In this document: piece after piece, positions 24,772 through 37,329 of the stretch | Numbering within the stretch: the stretch's first letter is position 1 | How the letters are laid out: every line of letters starts with the position of its first letter | From: Leucoraja ocellata | Lineage: Eukaryota | Reading direction: 5' to 3' | NCBI GenBank assembly: GCA_036785375.1 | Contig: JAWMAR010000156.1 | Location: 3,224,001 to 3,288,000 of the forward strand | Length of the DNA: 64,000 nt | Translations under genes and position numbers: made by a program | Notes under the pieces: generated by a model | What the model was told of the DNA's origin: nothing | The model's database searches: none | The model's input: only the letters and a program-made list of their open reading frames with translations

Positions 24772-26010
24772 GTGAGTAAATACTTAATGGCATACAATTA
24801 GCATTTTTAAACTGCAGAAGTACTGAATAAAATTTGAAACATTTCTTATTGTCTTCTACAAGTGACTGAATATGGCTAATGTTAATATTTAATGAACATT
24901 TCGTAAAATTCATCTAGTGGCAGTATAGGACTCGAACGGATTTAGACAATGAAAGTAATGTGTTTCTATGCAAAAAATTGTAAACAATAGATTTAAGCTT
25001 GTCTAAGTTTGGAATTGTAATTATGTGATCGCACAGTTTACAACTCAGTTGTAAGTATAACTGATCTATTTGATACTGCTGTTGAAATGTCTTTGATAGG
25101 TAGGTTATGCCTCTAATTTCATGCCCTACATATTAGTTAATTTCAGCAGATTTTTAAATTCTGGGACATTGTTAGATCAAGAAAGCAACTTGATTTTTAT
25201 GAAATTAAAATACAATTTGGAGCCTCAATTTTAGAGCAGAAAGAAAGAGAGCAAAATAAAAACTTATTTTTAAATAGCATCCTTTCAGCGGTACTTTACA
25301 ACCGCAGCAACACTTTACAGCCAATAAATTGGAATTTGGCATTAATGCACAAAACATCAAGTTGTTTGCAGCAAGCATCCATGAAACAAGATTTGGAAAT
25401 GTTTCGATATCAGTGATGACCGGATAAATATTAGCCTGGATAATGGACAAATCTGCCTGTCACCAGATCATTGCCGTGAAGCCTTGAACGTCCACTTAAG
25501 AGAGTTAACAGGTGTATTTTCAGGCTATCTCAGCACCTAACAGCAGCTCTAAAAATGGAGTGGACCATCATTGAACTGGGCTGTTGTCCTGGCTCCAGAA
25601 TGGAACGTTCAACGTTCTGACTTGCATGAATGTGTGACAAACTGAAACACAGTTGACTGTTAACATTCTCTTTGACCATTGTTGGTCCTGAATGTCCTGG
25701 CTTTGTAGATTTTTTCAACATTGGTCATGTGAATATTAGAGCTGTTCCTCTGTAATATAGTAGCAATGCAATGCACGTTGTTTTTTGATTGATTGGAGCA
25801 TGGTTACATGCATTGATTGGAGATTGATTACAGCATGAAAACAAGCCCTTCAGCCCACCGAATGTATCTTGAACCAGAATTCATGGCATTGAGTATATAA
25901 CCAGAGCTGATTTGGACGAATATAGTCTGGTAAATGGTTTTGCTTGAAGGTGTGATACGTTTTCATTTACTTTGCCTGGTCTTGTAAAGAAACACTTCCA
26001 CTTTCCTCAG

Positions 26011-26171
26011 GGCAATCGGATGGTCTCCTGATGATTAGGTTGGCGGGCTTGCAAATGACCGACGAAGGCAGAACCTGGTTAACTGAGCAAGTAAAATCTC
26101 CCCACGTTATTTGGTTTCAACTTTTGAGAAGGGATAATTCTTTTGTTGATTGCATGGTGAAATTAAACAAG
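26011..26171 (+). CDS. C3orf33: C3orf33 exon 4
   Basis: cctcag|, encoding (W)QSDGLLMIRLAGLQMTDEGRTWL...IWFQLL...LNK, then |gtaaat. 161 nt. Confidence 0.92.
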
Positions 26172-27267
26172 GTAAATAATATTTTAGAAGAATGTTTTCC
26201 TATTTTTTGTTTCAATAGAATGGTGCAAAAAGATTATGACGAGCATCCAAATAGTGCTTGGCTGTTTTTAAAGCTGGGAGGGCTACTGAAATATTAGGTT
26301 ATTCTGTAATGTTGGAACTTAAAGCTGCCCACAGTTGAGTTGAGATTAGTTTATTGTCACGTGCACCGAGGTATAGTGAAAAGCTTTTGTTGCATGCTTA
26401 CCAGTCAGCGGAAAGACAAAGCATGATTTCAATGGAGCCATCCACAGTGTAAGATTTAAAAGAGTGGGCCCATTGTAAAGCCTGATCGCAGATCCACTTC
26501 TGTGACTATCACACGAAGAGTTGCCCGGCTTGGGCGCCCATCTTGGATCAGAGCACAGGATTGTTAATACATTTTTTAAAGGTTTCAATTGAATTATTTT
26601 AAATTTGCAACAGCCATAATTTTATCTTCTGACTACACTGCCAGACTGTTGTTAATTCAGATGCACCTTTGCTCAAGAATAAATTGTCTAGTCATTCAAA
26701 TGTATAAACATTAAAGAAATAATAGCATTGAGAAAAATTGTATGTGTTCACATAACATGCTTGAGGAATAATTGCTTGTAATATGTGCCATGCAAAAGGG
26801 TTTGTCGTTACAGTAACTATGCAGATTCTCGCAGATACATTGGACAAATAGTACAAATTGTTACAAAACCAAGTCTAACTGGTCCATGTGGCGGTCCCTG
26901 GGGGTTAAGCCACTCCTTGGGTCATCCCCCTCGGTTCTTGAGGGACAGGGATGTCCAAGTGGTTTCCCAGGTCCTGCTCGCTGGGGTGCAGTGTGTTCTC
27001 GAGACTTCATTAAACTACTTCTAAACCTGCCTGACGTCTGGCCTTTTCCTGATCTCGTCCAGGCCGCTACACCCAAATGTTTTTAAAGTGAGATTTGAAA
27101 TGGGTCAGCCACCAAAATATTAGGGTCAGGTTTGTGGACTTAACGGAAATGTTCAGCAAAGTTTCTCCCTGTCCATGTTTGGTCTCCCCAGTACAGAAGC
27201 GTTGTGAACATTAAAGGTACTCTTTTCTTCCAACTTTTGGCAACTTTCCTCCCATTCACTAAAGACC

Positions 27268-27492
27268 ATTTATCTGGTAGTGATTCTGTGGAATTCTTTG
27301 CCACTGAAGGCTGTGGAGGCCAAATCAGTGGATATTTTTAAGGCAAAGATAGATAGATTCTTGATTAGTACAGGTCAGAGGTTATGGGGAGAAGGCAGGG
27401 GAATGGGGTTAGGAGGGCTAGATTAGCCATGATTGAATGGCAGTCGACTTGATGGGCCGAATGGCCTAATTCTACTTCTATCCCTTATGATT
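27268..27492 (+). mobile_element. CR1 LINE 3' end
   Basis: tctgtggaattct...gatgggccgaatggcctaattct, the family 3' UTR. Confidence 0.75.
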
Positions 27493-27724
27493 GTAAACTA
27501 ATTTATTTATTTAAGAAAATAATGCATAATTCCACTGTAACAGCATGATTTGAAATGCTTCAATGTATATATTTATTATGTTTACACGGAGATCATACTA
27601 ATTCCAATACCATTGGACCTCATCACATAATATCATCAAGTCTGAAGAAATTATTTATTAAAGCCATATAATATTTTTCAAGTGTGAGACACAAAGTAGT
27701 TTAGTTGTTATTTCTGTCTTTAAG

Positions 27725-27997
27725 GGTTCAATTTTCTCAGTGAGCCTAAATGAAGAGATTTTGAAGAAAGGTCTTGGGCGAGCCGTAAAAATCGAAGGCT
27801 TACACTCTAATCCCAAACTGTACTGGAGGCTACAGACAAAATTACTTAAAGCAGAACTGAAGGCGCAAAAAACAGGTAAAGGCATCTGGAAAGAGCCTAC
27901 AATATTGGAAAAAGTCTCAAATAATGTACAGAATTCTAATATTTTTCACCATTTGAATAATCTACTTTCATGGGTCAAGTCATTCAGAAACAAATAA
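27725..27997 (+). CDS. C3orf33: C3orf33 exon 5 (last)
   Basis: ttaag|, encoding GSIFSVSLNEEILKKGLG...LLKAELKAQKTGKGIWKE...*. Joined CDS is 732 nt, 243 aa. AATAAA at 28205. Confidence 0.92.
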   Translation, partial: GSIFSVSLNEEILKKGLGRAVKIEGLHSNPKLYWRLQTKLLKAELKAQKTGKGIWKEPTILEKVSNNVQNSNIFHHLNNLLSWVKSFRNK

Positions 27998-28606
27998 ATC
28001 CTTTGTGGAAACATTTTGTGAACTATGATATAAATCTAATTGTTGAATGTATAAGTTTCAATATCATTACACTATCACAATTTGTTATCTTGTTTAAGAT
28101 ACATAGACCCATTTATTGCTATGCAAGGTGTTATTTTGTTTTTCTGGTTTATTCAGAAATGGAAATTATTGTTCACTTTTCTAAACTGTACATTGACTTG
28201 CTACAATAAACAAAGCCTGTATATTGCACTCCATGAGCTCTGCTGTTTCACCATAGTATTTTCCATTTATGATTACCCTCTACTTGAGTGAAGGTACCAT
28301 TAACCGAGAACAACGATATACATAATTTACACTGTGAAGGCTGTATACAAAGACACTTACAAGAGACCCAACTAATTTATTTGGTAAACCCTCAAAGATA
28401 AGTATACTGACCAGCATCTGCAGTTCTTTGCTTCTGTAAGATATACACACATGCTTGAGTGGTGCTGTAACAACAACCTCTTATTCAATGTCAACAAGGA
28501 ATTAATGGTTGCCTTCAGAAAGGGGAAATTGGTTTAGCACACGGCAGTTTTCATTGGGTCAGTGGTGGAGACAGTTAGCAGCTTCAAATTCCTGGGCGTT
28601 AACATC

Positions 28607-29615
28607 TGTTACAATGGAACAGGTTCAAGGATCTGACTAGTAGAACAGAAAAAAGGCACATTCATAGAAACATAGAAATTAGGTGCAGGAGTAGGCCATT
28701 CGGCCCTTCGAGCCTGCACCGCCATTCAATATGATCATGGCTGATCATCCAACTCAGTATCCTGTACCTGCCTTCTCTCCATACCTCCTGATCCCCTTAG
28801 CCAGAAGGGCCACATCTAACTCCCTCTTAAATATAGCCAATGAACTGGCCTCAACTACCCTCTGTGGCAGAGAGTTCCAGAGATTCACCACTCTCTGTGT
28901 GAAAAAAGTTCTTCTCATCTCGGTTTTAAAAGATTTCCCCCTTATCCTTAAGCTGTGACCCCTTGTCCTGGACTTCCCCAACATCGGGAACAATCTTCCT
29001 GCATCTAGCCTGTCCAACCCCTTAAGAAGATGTTGGACAGGCTTCGTCCCCTTCGTCCGTTAAGTTACAAATTTATTGTAACTTAACAGTTTTATTGACA
29101 TGAGAGAGAAAACAAAAACAATACTTATCATGGTATGCGCGGGGGCCCGTCTTACAGCAGCACACCTCCCCCTCTCTCGGCCTCCGTCCACGGCGCGGAT
29201 TGCAACCCAGCACGTCGATGAACCCCTTTCATCAAGAACTACCTTATGGCTTACCAGCACCTGCCATCATACAGGCAGAAATCATTTATTGAAATGACTG
29301 CTGGTAAGTCCTGGCCAATAGTGGTGCTCCCCCCACGGAAACAAAGCGCAATCAGCCGCAGACTTGATGCGCAAGATAAAACAATAGTGCTATCAGCTGC
29401 AGGCTTGGCGCTACAGACTTGGCACACAAAGGTAATACACACAGTGCTACAAACTTGGCGCGCAAAGTTTTAAACTGCGCTGTCCGCTTAGTGCGTGGGA
29501 ATTTAAACAAAGCGCTGTCGGCTGCAGCGCTATGCTTCTAAATATAATGCTACCGGCCACAGCGCTACGGGCTTTAAAGATAGCGCGATGGATCAGACAA
29601 AGTTCTCGTATAACA
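28607..29615 (-). mobile_element. Solo LTR with 5-bp TSD (ACATC)
   Basis: Ends TGTTACAATGGAAC ... GTTCTCGTATAACA. ACATC at 28602-28606 and 29616-29620. AATAAA hexamers on the minus strand. Confidence 0.7.
28663..29043 (-). mobile_element. Young CR1 3' fragment nested in the solo LTR
   Basis: Minus ORF 28754-29017 (LDRLDAGRLFP...SRTRGHSL...FFTQRVVNLWNSLP) plus the tail. Confidence 0.88.
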
Positions 29616-30684
29616 ACATCTTGAATTTGTCTTGGGCCCAGTACATAGATGTAATCACAAAGATGGTATGCCGGCAGTCCGGCACGTCTACATTCTTAGA
29701 GGTGTAAAGAGATTTGGCATTTCATCGACTCCACTAACAATCCTCTACAGATGTACTGTAGAATATATCCTGACTAGATGATTAAAAGTCTGGTATGCCA
29801 ATTCCAATACACAGAAATGCAACAGGTGCAGGGAGTGGTGGATTCTGCTCTCTCAAACATAGGCACTATCTTACCCACCATTGAAAGTATCTACACGAGG
29901 CACTGCCTCAAAAAGGCAGCACTTATTAAGGGTGCCACCAACTGGGGAATGCTCTCTTTTCACTACAACCATCAAGGAAGAGGTAAGCCTAAAGTCGCAC
30001 AGCACCAGGTTCAGGAACAGCTACTTTCCTTCAAACATCTGGTTCTTGAACCAACCTACACAACCCTAATCCTACTGAACAATGGAGCACTATGGATCAT
30101 CTCTTGCTCTACCATTATCCAATTGCATTTTGCACATGTCTTTTTTTTTTTTGCACAATTTTTTTAATTATTACTGTCCTGCGGAATTGTTTGTTATTTA
30201 TAAATCATTTGTTTATGGTGTCTGTCTGAGCCTATGTCTGTGATGCTGCTGCAAGCAAGGTTTTCATATTTACCTGTATCCCATCATACTTGTACATATG
30301 GCAGTGAACAACTTGAAACTATAGAGCCATTTAGATCTAGTTGTTTTGTCACGTAAAAATAAAGGATGCTACCCATTGCAAAGTTGTACTATGTGGAGTT
30401 TGAAATGGTATGCTTTTATAGATGGGACCTCTTTTCATGATGATCGAGAAATACTAGTATCCCTGCAACTGAATGTTTACAATGCTTCCTGAATTATCCT
30501 ATACAGTCCTTTGAATCGCAGGAATAGTTGTATTTTCCTGCACAACATCTGCACTCACATGCACATTTTATTACTAACCGTTGGTGGTTTTTCTTCTCGG
30601 ATTCTTCAGAATTTACAGATTTGGAAAATGAAGGGAGATCATTGATCAGGTATGTCTCTGCGTCTGTCCATTTGCTTCTCTCTT

Positions 30685-30708
30685 GAGAGAGAGAGAGAGA
30701 GAGAGAGA
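30685..30708 (+). repeat. (GA)12 microsatellite
   Basis: Read directly from the sequence. Confidence 0.9.
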
Positions 30709-31624
30709 TTCTTCAGAGAGTAATACTAACTACAGCTCAAGAACACTGCAGCATTTAAGCAACTAAAGTGAAGTATGCAAAAAAAAGGGAAAAGATTGAA
30801 AAAAATCAGACCAAAGATCAAAAAACACTGTAACTGCTGTTTTGCAAATAATTCGAAGAATTTACTTTGAAGTAAATTAAAAATAATTGTATAATAACAG
30901 CTATAAATTAGGACACTTAAGGGAGCGACACCTGCTGCAATGTTTATTTTTTCACCCTCCCTGCAGATTATGCTTAATTCTGTATCCTGCGATAGGAACG
31001 ACGTGCTTGGTAAATCTCAGGCACATGGCTGAGACTAGTGAGACTGGAAGGATTAATGGTCTACAGACCACTGTAGCAGTTTCTTATTTTGTTCAGTTCC
31101 ATTGCAAATGCTTCAATGTGCTCTTGTGGGCAGTTATTTGACTCGTTTACAAGTGAATTTTAAACAGTATCTCATGGACAGTTGAGTATTTCAGCAGACA
31201 TTAAAATTCAATGTTAGCTGAGAAGAGCATGAGAAGCAAATTAGCATATTTGTGACAATTCAGAAACCCAGGTATCCAAAGTAGAGAAATTCACAAATCC
31301 ATGGGTTTGTATCATAGGAAGTTTCTCAAGAAATATTTTGAGAACCAGAAGGACATGGCAGTGGCACTGCAAAGTTTCATCATCAGATTGAATGAATGAT
31401 TTTATCACATGTACCTGGGGTACCTAGGTACAGTGAAATGCTTTGTTTTGCAATCCTAGGCAGTACACAAATGTCACCACGTGTTGGCACTGACAAAGTA
31501 CAAAAGTGCCGACCAGTCCTAACAATTTTCAAGAACAAGATCAAGGTTCAAGAACAGTTTGGGTAAAGTAGAAATATCTGAAGGTAGACAAATGTTTTTG
31601 ACTCCGTAATCATCCTTCTTCAGA

Positions 31625-32165
31625 CTGCACGACAGGAGATGGTAGGTCCCGCGGCCATTAAGCCGTGCCGGGCGATGTTAAGCCCCGCTCCGAGTCCTTT
31701 AAACCCCGCGATTCCGGCGGAAGAAGTTGCCATTGCGGGAGCTCCGAAAAGCGGTCTCCCACTAGGGGCCTGCAAACTCCTGATGTTCCTGTCCACCGGG
31801 CCTGCGGCCGGAGCCTCCGAAGCTCCGAAGTCGGGTTGCAGCCGCGCACCACCACAGCTCTTCCCGCTCCGAAGTTGGCCAGCTCCGCGATGGCGAGTCC
31901 GCAGGCTCCGCGACTGGAGCCCTCAGGTTCGTTCCGGTTGGAGGCCGCCTCCGGCTCCACGATGTTAGGCCCAACGTCATCTGAGACCCGACGGAAAAAG
32001 TCGGGTCCCCGTACAGGGAAGAGATTAAACGGTTCCCCACCCCCCACATATACACAGCTAAAAAATAATAAAACTAGAATCAAAAACATACATTTAACGA
32101 GACAAAAAATTTAAAAAAGACAGACGGACTGCAGTCGAGACGCTGCCGTTAGGCGCCGCCACACG
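31625..32165 (-). repeat. GC-rich interspersed repeat, probably a retroposon 5' region
   Basis: Sharp CpG-rich block with internal ctccgaag repeats, not associated with any exon. The overlapping ORFs are low-complexity. Confidence 0.5.
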
Positions 32166-33398
32166 CAACAGAAAATTTATAGGAGATGTGTAGGGCAAAG
32201 TTCATTTACGCAGAGCGGTAGGTGCCTGATCTGCATTGCAACCACAGTGAAAGCTGATATGATAGTGACATTCGAAAGGCTTTAGGATAGGCACATGGGT
32301 GTGAAGGGATATGGATCACATGCAAGTAGAGGAGACTGGTTTAACTTGGCATCGTGTTAGGCACAGATATTGTGGGCAGATGAGGCAGCTCCTATGCTGA
32401 ATGTTCTACGTTGTATCTGGACCATATTTAAAAACATTTGGAGCAAGTCTCACACATTACAGACATCAATTAAATTTATAGCATCATTATGAGGATCTAT
32501 GATTGTTTTTGCTTCCCTCACCCAAAGCACATACAGTTCAGAAGTAGTTAATGACACGCCAGTGTATCCTGTTCAAATGGCAGCAAACTGCAGCTCCAGA
32601 GTAAGAGAGCTTCAAAGAACACTATTCCAACACTCGACATATGGTGCAAATAACACAGTGGAGATACTAGACTGGTCAACAAACACTGTAGTTGCCCAGA
32701 GAAGATAATTATCAAACCACATTGAGAAGAAGGCAGTTCCAGCCCACTAAGCCTTTTCTTTACAAACAGCCGCCGCTTTTGATACCACCTCTCAGGTGGA
32801 AGAAGCACAATCTGACATCCAGGTAAAACAATGAAGAGAAATTCATCAGTGATGACCAGCGCTAAATGCATAAAAATCTATCTGCTTCAAATGATGTGTG
32901 AAAATGAATACATGAAGGTGAGTCCAACTAATGGTGGTACTTGCACATACCTTTAGCAATGACAAATATTTTTTTTCCTCACAAAGACCAAGTCATAATT
33001 TGTATCCTTCATAGTTGAATAGTTCTGATTATTTTGAATGATGCAGAGGAAGAGAGTTGTAGCTAAGTTTTGCTCTTATTCCGGGAGTTTATGCCGTTAG
33101 ATACTAATCGGTTGAGCTGTAAGCACTTCAGCTGTTTTCAGTGTTGAAGAATTGAAATTGGTATCAAGTGTTTTAAATAGATGTTATCAAGTGTTTTAAA
33201 TGAATATGCTGCTAGTGAAAAGCATTGTGCTGTACATAAACATTTACATTTTCACAGATAAATCATTTTTGGCAGTTTTCCTCCAGTGATTTGCAACACT
33301 TACCTAGTTGTGTGTCGGTCAAACTGTAGCAGCCAGGATAATGCAAGTTACTTCACTCGACTCTATTTGCATTCTTAAACATTCACTTCATCCATCAA

Positions 33399-33693
33399 GC
33401 ACAGTGGCGCAGCGGTAGAGTTGCTGCCTTACAGCGCTTGCAGCGCCGGAGACCCGGGTTCGATCTTGATTATAGGAGCTGTCTGTGTGTACTTTGTACG
33501 TTCTCCCCGTGACCACATGGGTTTTCTCAGATCTTCGGCTTCCTCCCACACTCCAAAGATGTACAGGTAAATTGGTTTGGTAATTGTAAAAACTCTCTAG
33601 TGTGTAGGATAGTGTTAATATTCGGGGATCGCTGTTCGGTGTGGACCCAGTGGGCCGAATGGCCTGTTTGCACACTGTATCTCTAAACTAAAC
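33399..33693 (+). mobile_element. tRNA-derived SINE (HE1/V-SINE-like)
   Basis: A box TGGCGCAGCGG at 33405, B box GGTTCGATC at 33457, core ttgtacgttctccccgtgacc, CR1-like tail plus (ctaaa)n. Confidence 0.85.
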
Positions 33694-34572
33694 ATCACCC
33701 AGGCACTATGACGAGTGTACACTGTCCATAAAGAGGCATGGGAATTCTAGAATCATCTTCAGGGATCTCACCAAGTTCCATGCCATCTGACTTAATAATA
33801 TATTTAGTTCTCTGGTAGATCCAAACAGAGGGCAATGATGTTATCTACAAACAGGGAGGCTTTGACCAGAGTGACTCGTATATCTGGGACTTAGTACAAG
33901 GTTTTGATACAACACACAAACAAGACGGAGACGAGAGGACACTCTTGCTTAACTCAAGATTTAATTGGGAAGTTTTCCTACCTATCCAATTCGCTCCAGA
34001 TCATTTCCATTTGCAGATTCTATCTCCAAACCCATTTTTGAAGAGCACACCCACTATGAGCATATGTGATCAAGAACCTATTGGTCCAAGCTGACAAAAC
34101 AAATGACCACTCCCCCATCGTGCACTTTATACCTGAATAGCCGTCCATAAATGATTTTCCTGTTGGGTCTGATTTGTCTCAAGAGAAGATTTGACTTGAT
34201 CAGTGATAACTTGTGGATAGAATCCTGTAAGGCAGAGAGGTGAGTCAAGAATTTCTGATCCCTATTCTTGCATATTTCTTCTTGAAGGTCTTGTAAAGCT
34301 GGCAGTTAAAAGCATTATGCCACACATTTGCAGCATGTCTTGGCGAAGTCAACTCCACAAAGTTAAGCACAAACCATTGCATCTGAGAGTTTAATTTATA
34401 TCATAGGTATGTGTGGACCTTGTCAGCATCTCCAGAATTAATAGGTGGTCCAGACAGTAACTAAACAATACAGTAAACTGTAATACAACAAATTGTCAGT
34501 TATTCAAGATAACCAGACTATAATAGTGCAAGCCAAAGTAGTAAGACTTTAATCTAACCTTATACAAAGTCC

Positions 34573-35058
34573 CTCCCCGTTGGATGGCAACCTTGTCATG
34601 GTCGGGGAGCTTGTGTGTCTCAGTGACCCCTAGAGCTATGCCAGCGGGAAATTCGTCTCCTGTTAGGGTCTCCCATGCAGGTCGAAGGGTAGAGGCGAGA
34701 CGAAGAGCGATCCACTGGTCCTCCAGGTTGGAGGTTGAGCACAGGGCTAACAACCCTGTCTCGTAAAACAAATATGTTATGTAAACAGCAACTGAAGGAA
34801 TCAACGCTACTGGGCGTGATGGACTTCCAGGGCTATCGACAGATGCTAGGATGAATGTACCAGACAGCATCCCAAGAATAGCCCTGCACTGGACACCGAA
34901 AGGGAAAAGGAAAAGAGGGAGATCCAAAACCACCTGGTGTCGAACTGTAGAGGAGGAAATGAAAACAATGGACCTGACCTGGAGTATTATCCAGAAGCTA
35001 GCCCAGAACAGTCAGGAGTGTACATGCCAGGAGGCATAATAGGCAGTAAGTAAGTAAG
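34573..35058 (+). mobile_element. Internally deleted (bipartite) RTE-clade element with 12-bp TSD
   Basis: TATACAAAGTCC at 34561-34572 and 35059-35070. The 3' part encodes IPRIALHWTPKGKRKRGRSKTTW and ends in a (TAAG)n tail. Confidence 0.85.
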
Positions 35059-37329
35059 TATACAAAGTCCATAATAATTCTGTACTGAGATTGGGTTGGT
35101 CAGTGTGGACATGGTGGGCCTGTTTATGTGCTGTGAGACTTTATGACCATTACCACTACTGTTTGTGTGGAAAAGTATATTCTAATATTAATTTAAATGG
35201 TAAATTAATTGCAGTATTTAATACTTGACAGCAATTCAATTCAAGTTGATGAAACCTGTTCTCTTATTTAAACCTTTTGGCCCCATAGCATTCTGCTAAA
35301 TTTATGCTTTGTGGCCACCAAAACTCAATATAACTTTAGAGAGATGTGGTGCCCAGAACGAAATGACTATTCTAATTGCAGCCAATCTGTACTCCAGCAT
35401 TCATCTCAAAAATGTCAATCCCCATGCTCATTATTGCAGTGCATTATGAAAATGCAGGGGACTACTTTTGGCATTGGTTTCCAGCATTTTTTATAATATA
35501 TAAAATCTGCAGGGTCTTTCATTTACAGGCCTATACTGTGGATTTAAGGTGACTTGCTGTGGGTTCTGTGGCGACTGGAGTCCTTTGCAGGATGTCCCGA
35601 TTGCCACAGATAGGTGGAGCTTGAAGGGCAAGTGCATGGCTTCGGATTGTTGCACATTTTACTGGCTAAAATGATTAATCGTTAACTTTTTGAAGCGCTT
35701 TACTTACATTTAGCGAACATATAATGCGAGAATATTGAGGCGCACTACTGATAGATTTATCAGGAACACAAGGAACTGTAGATACTGGAAAACAAACAAA
35801 AAGTGCTGGAGGAACTCAGCGGGTCAGGCAGTATTTGGAAGGAATGGATAAACGGCGTTTCGGATCCGGACCCTTCAGACTGGTGGTTTTATAGCATGTT
35901 CATATATTGCATCATTCCAATAAATTCTTGATTAGTGAAGAGACACACGGTTCTGCAGAGATAGTCACAAAAAGCTAGAGTAACTCAGCGGGACAGGCAG
36001 CATCTCTGGAGAGAAGGAATGGGTGACGTTTCAGGACGAGACCCTTCTTCAGACCAAAACGTCACCCATTCTCTCCAGAGATGCTGCCTGTCCCGTTGAA
36101 TTACTCCAGCATTTTGTGAATATCTTCGGTTTAAACCAGCATCTGCAGTTCCTTGCTGGTTCTGTAGATACAGGTTTACAAAGTTCTGTAGATACAGGTT
36201 TACAAAACACAACGTGTTCGGTTGCTTTGTTCATTATAAATATGTTATTGAAAAAGCTACGGTTGCATCAATTACATGCATTGATGTAATTAATGCATCA
36301 ATTACACCAACAAAGTGTTTTAAATCTGTTTATATTCTCCCGGTTCAGGATTCTGGACAGATATTCCCATTCAAGATGGTTAGGGAAGATTGCAAGGTGA
36401 TTCGACGCATGCTCTTATCTCCTAGCAACCAACTATAACACAGGATTAAAACAGTAAGGGATAGACTGAAATAAACAAAATAATAATTGATTTTGAGAAC
36501 ACATTTAGAATAAAAGGTAATGAATTGTAGAACAAATGTAAATGTATAGGTATAAAGCAAACAGACTTGGGAGAAGCTGTGTTTGCTAAGCAGTTCTTTC
36601 ACATGTAAATAGATAAGGTTCCAGCTTTTCTGCAAGAAATCCAACGTGAACACACAAAAAAAACAAAAGACTTGATTGTTGTGCTAATAACTATGACGAA
36701 AGCCGCGTTTGTTTGTTCCCATTGGTGGAAATATTCGAAATGGAAGGTGTATTGAAAGCTGATTAGTGAGCGTAAAATACTTTGACCTATCCAGCCATGG
36801 GCAGTTAGAAGCCGGGGAGGTGGGACTGAAACCATGGCATCCATTCAAAAACTTTACCTCGTTGAAAAAGTAAAATAAAACTCAATTAACACAAACAACT
36901 ATTTTCTCTTAAGAATGTATGTTCTGCAACATCAAGCATGCATGATTTACCAGAGCATAAACAATCTTTCAATAAATTAGTAAACAATAGAACGGGTCAA
37001 ACCATAAGGTAAAACCACAAGTTTCAAACATGCATGCTACAGCAGAACACAAACAATCTTTCCGTGCATTAATAAGCAATATAACTGGTCAAAGTGTTTT
37101 ATAGTCAAACCATAAGGTAAAATTTGCAATTATTTTTAATGTGATGTAGGCGGATGATGGATTTTATCACGAGACGGCTTAATTTCAAGTAGTTCAAATG
37201 TCATAGAATCATAGAGTGATGCAGCATCATCATCATGGTATCATAGATTTGCCCCATCATGTCTGTGCCACAAGTCCTATATTATCTCATTTCTTATTCT
37301 CTCCTCATTCTCATTATCTTCCCTAAATT

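Larger units (their letters stand above)
28440..30320 (+). mobile_element. Rex1-like LINE fragment split by nested insertions
   Basis: The FKFLGVNI segment ends at 28606 and resumes at ~29621 (LSWAQ.., YRCTVEYILT, LPTIESIY, TRFRNSYFP). Confidence 0.7.

Noticed and set aside
31639-32114. Four overlapping ORFs of 97-149 aa
   Set aside because: GC-rich repeat with few stops in any frame; the peptides are low-complexity.
32499-32917. Possible coding exon of an unknown gene
   Set aside because: Frames are interrupted by stops and the peptide is unrecognisable. Kept only as a weak UTR-exon candidate.
33399-33475. tRNA gene
   Set aside because: The A/B boxes run straight into a SINE body and tail, and several dispersed copies exist.
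36159-36207. 24-bp tandem duplication ttctgtagatacaggtttacaaa
   Set aside because: Simple local duplication at the edge of a repeat insertion, with no sign of function.
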